From Gemmatimonadota bacterium (lineage in GTDB: Bacteria > Gemmatimonadota > Gemmatimonadetes > Gemmatimonadales > GWC2-71-9): 64,000 nt of DNA. Where the stretch lies: contig JANMYS010000037.1 in assembly GCA_031382385.1 (NCBI GenBank), positions 20,567-84,566 on the forward strand. The letters are read 5' to 3'. Numbering within the stretch: position 1 is the first letter of the stretch; each line of letters begins with the position of its first letter. Both the position numbers and the translations under genes were made by a program. The notes beneath the pieces were generated by a model. The model was not told the origin of the DNA. It was given only the letters and a program-made list of their open reading frames with translations, and searched no databases. Of this stretch, positions 61,096 through 64,000 are shown piece by piece.

Positions 61096-61839
61096 TCAAC
61101 TCTCCTGTCTGAACCAGTGCGCCTCAGCCCGACGCAGGTCGTCCGGGGTATCGACACCAGGTTGTGCGGGCGCATCGAGGCGCGCCACGCCGATCGTCAT
61201 GCCATGGTGCAGCGCCCGGAGCTGTTCCAGCCGCTCCGCCGCTTCGGCGGGAGCGGCGGTCAGTCCGCCCCAGCGCTCCAGTGCTGCTCGGCAGAAGGCG
61301 TAGACGCCGAGGTGCTGCCAGTAGAGTGCCGCGATTACCGGCGAGCTCTCGCGACGGAACGGGATGGGGGCGCGGCTGAAATACAGTGCCCGGCCCCGCT
61401 CATCCGTCACCACCTTGACCCTCGACGGATCGTGCACGTCGGCGGCATCGAGCGGTGCCGCGGCCGTACCGATGTCTTCACCCGACCGCACCCGTTCGAT
61501 CGCGCCGGCCAGCGCGGCCCGCGGGAGGAACGGTTCGTCACTCTGGATGTTCACGATCAGATCGTGGTTGCCGAATTCCTCGAGCCGTCCCACTTCCGCT
61601 ACCCGGTCGGTGCCGCTCTCGTGCGCTTCACTGGTCAGCACCGCCCGCACACCGGAGAGCTCCGCGATTCGGGCGATCATGGTCGAGTCCGTGGCCACGA
61701 TGAGCGTATCCACCAAACCGAAGGCACGTACCCGCTGAATCACGCGGGTCACCAGTGGTTCGCCAGCCAGGAGCTGCAGCGGTTTGTTGAGCAGGCGGGT
61801 TGAGCCGAGTCGGGCCGGAATGACTCCGAGGACAGGCAT
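61096..61839 (-). CDS. kdsB: CMP-KDO synthetase
   Basis: IPARLGSTRL..KPL, SGTDR, NIQSDEP, YFSRAPIP, H.GVY, LEQLRAL, VDT..D. Confidence 0.95.
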   Translation of the reverse strand: MPVLGVIPARLGSTRLLNKPLQLLAGEPLVTRVIQRVRAFGLVDTLIVATDSTMIARIAELSGVRAVLTSEAHESGTDRVAEVGRLEEFGNHDLIVNIQSDEPFLPRAALAGAIERVRSGEDIGTAAAPLDAADVHDPSRVKVVTDERGRALYFSRAPIPFRRESSPVIAALYWQHLGVYAFCRAALERWGGLTAAPAEAAERLEQLRALHHGMTIGVARLDAPAQPGVDTPDDLRRAEAHWFRQES

Positions 61840-61935
61840 TTCTGAACGTAATAACGGCGGGGGGTCCTGTCAAAAGTCGTGCCGGGAGGAATTGCGGGTT
61901 ACGCGGTAGGGGCTATCGGAATGATCGTCAAGGGG

Positions 61936-62550
61936 TTAGGCCACTGCCGCCGATCCCTGGACAGAGGCGGCAGCCGCCAGCCGGAGGAAGTTGCCGATCA
62001 GCTGCTTTCCGGCCGCGGTCGCGACCGACTCGGGGTGAAACTGGACCCCGAAGATGGGGTGTCTCCGGTGCCGGAGGGCCATGATCTCCTGACCACGGGG
62101 GCGGTCGATCGACCAGCCGGTCAGTTCGAGTTCCGCAGGAAAATCCTCGGGGGCAATAACGAGAGAGTGGTAGCGCATGACGGTGAGGGGATTGGGCAGC
62201 CCCTCGAACAGCTCCACCCCGTGGTGACTGACCTCGGTGGTCTTGCCGTGCATCAGGCGGCTGGCGCGCACGACCCGTCCGCCGAACGCCTCGCCGATGG
62301 CCTGATGACCGAGGCAGACTCCCAGGAGCGGAATGCGCCCGGCAGCCGCGCGGATGAGGGAGATGGAGATGCCGGCATCGCGCGGCTCGCCCGGTCCGGG
62401 TGAGATGATGATGGCCTGCGGCGCGAGGGCGAGCACCGCTTCGACCGTCAGGGCATCGTTGCGGTGGACGACGGGATCGGCCCCGAGCTCGCCAGCGAAC
62501 TGGACCAGGTTGTAGGTGAAGCTGTCGTAATTGTCGAGGACGAGGAGCAT
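61936..62550 (-). CDS. Anthranilate/aminodeoxychorismate synthase component II (TrpG/PabA)
   Basis: DNYDSFTYNL, SPGPG, GVCLGHQ, MHGK, RYHSL, QFHPES. Confidence 0.95.
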   Translation of the reverse strand: MLLVLDNYDSFTYNLVQFAGELGADPVVHRNDALTVEAVLALAPQAIIISPGPGEPRDAGISISLIRAAAGRIPLLGVCLGHQAIGEAFGGRVVRASRLMHGKTTEVSHHGVELFEGLPNPLTVMRYHSLVIAPEDFPAELELTGWSIDRPRGQEIMALRHRRHPIFGVQFHPESVATAAGKQLIGNFLRLAAAASVQGSAAVA

Positions 62551-62596
62551 GAGCGGCAAGGTATCCGTGGCCGGATACCGTCGCCAGCCCGCCGCG

Positions 62597-63538
62597 TCAG
62601 GGTGAGGCCGGAGCGGGTGGTTGCGGCGGGGCGACCCGGGTCGAAGTATTCGACGACCGTTCGAGTTCGACCTGAACCCGTTGCAGCTCCTTCGCCACGG
62701 CCCGGCGGATCGAGTCGCCCAGCTGGACGCCGGCCCGGGCGATCGAGTCGACATTGGCGGGGGAGAGTCCGCGCATCGTGCCCAGGGCATCGCGCCGGGC
62801 CTCATCGCGCTTCATGCGGTCGGTCATCGCCCGCATGACGCTGCGCACCGAGTCCGCCCGGTGTTCGAGGGTGCGGCGCGCCATTGCGCCGGCATCGGTG
62901 GAGGAATCGTCGAGGGTGGCGGCGAGGTCCTTGAGCTCGCCAATGGAATCAGACTGCGCCTCGATGCGGTCATTCAGCGCCTGGACCAGGGAATCGGTGC
63001 GCGCGACGAGCGCTTCCTGCAGGGTATCGCGCGGGCCTTCGATGTGGAATCCGTCGTGGTTCAGCCGGAAGGTGGTCTGCCGCAGCTTGTCCGCTGACCG
63101 GGAAGGCAGCAACAGCTGAAAGGTGTCGGGGTAGTTCTCCAGCGCCACCACCCCAAAGGCGCTCAATCCCTCCGGCACCGCACCGGGGGCCTGGCATCGA
63201 AAGGTCGTCCGGTCGTTGAGGTTGTCGAGGTCGTCGATGGCGAGCTGGCAGTTCCTCATCCGGTCAGGACCGACGGAATCGGCGAGCTTGATCAGGACCC
63301 GGACCCCGGAGATGTGCTGTGGATCGGAGCGAAGAAACTGCACCTCGCGGAGGCTGCCGAGCCGGCTGCTGTCCAGTCGGAAGGGGATCAGGCCGATGAG
63401 AGGGAGAGGGATCGGGTCGGAGCTGTTGATGGTATGGGTTACCTTGGTGCGGACGGTTCGAATCCCGGTGACAATCAGCATGCCCACGGCAAAGATGCCG
63501 AGAGCCTTGAAGGCAATCTTGAGCCAGTATCCGCGCAT
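62597..63538 (-). CDS. Membrane-anchored hypothetical protein with beta domain and coiled-coil tail
   Basis: N-terminal TM helix (IAFKALGIFAVGMLIV), helical C-terminal half; GGAG upstream. Confidence 0.7.
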   Translation of the reverse strand: MRGYWLKIAFKALGIFAVGMLIVTGIRTVRTKVTHTINSSDPIPLPLIGLIPFRLDSSRLGSLREVQFLRSDPQHISGVRVLIKLADSVGPDRMRNCQLAIDDLDNLNDRTTFRCQAPGAVPEGLSAFGVVALENYPDTFQLLLPSRSADKLRQTTFRLNHDGFHIEGPRDTLQEALVARTDSLVQALNDRIEAQSDSIGELKDLAATLDDSSTDAGAMARRTLEHRADSVRSVMRAMTDRMKRDEARRDALGTMRGLSPANVDSIARAGVQLGDSIRRAVAKELQRVQVELERSSNTSTRVAPPQPPAPASP

Positions 63539-63651
63539 ATGACGTACTCCGGGACCACGTTGCATTCTCCCGCCGGCCGGCGAGAGCGTTCCACTGAGAG
63601 ACGTGCGACACCCGGTGCAGGTTTCAGCGGGTTCTTTCGCCAGGAGCACCG

Positions 63652-64000
63652 ATGATCGAGGTCGAAGGCCTGAGCAAGGTGTACGGGACGCTGACCGCGG
63701 TGCAAGACCTCTCGTTCGGCGTCGCGCCGGGAGAGATCCTCGGGCTGGTCGGCCCCAATGGCGCCGGGAAGACTACCACGCTGCGGAGCCTGGCGGGGAT
63801 CATCCGGCCGACGAGCGGGACCATTCGCATCGGCGGGCATCGGCTGGATCAGGACCCGATCGCGGCAAAAGCGATGCTGGCTTTTGTCCCGGACGAGCCG
63901 CAACTGTTCGACTACCTCACCGTCACGGAGCATCTCGCGTTTACGCTGCGGCTCTACCGTCGGCCGGATGCGCTGCCGCGGGTCGCCGCGCTGCTGGAGG
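63652..64000 (+). CDS. ABC transporter ATP-binding protein (partial, runs off the window)
   Basis: MIEVEGLSKVYG..AV.DLSF...[16 protein letters not shown]. Confidence 0.9.
   Translation, partial: MIEVEGLSKVYGTLTAVQDLSFGVAPGEILGLVGPNGAGKTTTLRSLAGIIRPTSGTIRIGGHRLDQDPIAAKAMLAFVPDEPQLFDYLTVTEHLAFTLRLYRRPDALPRVAALLE

Overview
GC-rich bacterial chromosome segment; gene content and synteny suggest Gemmatimonadota (inference). Nearly all genes from 1 to 44 kb are on the + strand and nearly all from 44 to 63.5 kb are on the - strand. The two halves converge on a 28-bp XerC/D dif-like site (44065-44092), so this is probably the replication terminus. Core genes cover lipid A/Kdo/Lpt (GnnA-like, lpxB, LpxJ-like, lpxK, kdsABC, lptC/A/B), gdhA, rlmH, bshC with a coupled methyltransferase, murJ, uvrC, thrC, larC, der, plsY, gpsA, surE, pcm, apt, dapF, rpoN and pyrG, plus two tRNAs, a sigma54-preceded type IV pilin and a glycosylation cluster. 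The most notable feature is an ~18-kb accessory block (16.0-33.8 kb) headed by an ECF sigma factor and a zinc anti-sigma factor. Seven co-oriented GGGAACC-N15/16-[CA][GA]TT promoter-like motifs punctuate it. Four of them directly precede small ORFs that the ORF track misses or mis-starts (50, ~93, 44 and 62 aa), one a degenerate second anti-sigma. Downstream are two glucosidases, a Cys-tailed aquaporin, DM13, heme/cupin proteins, two secreted lactonases, a GMC oxidoreductase and an Asp-type Zn glucose dehydrogenase. This is a candidate undescribed stress regulon. All calls were made by eye, with no database searches.
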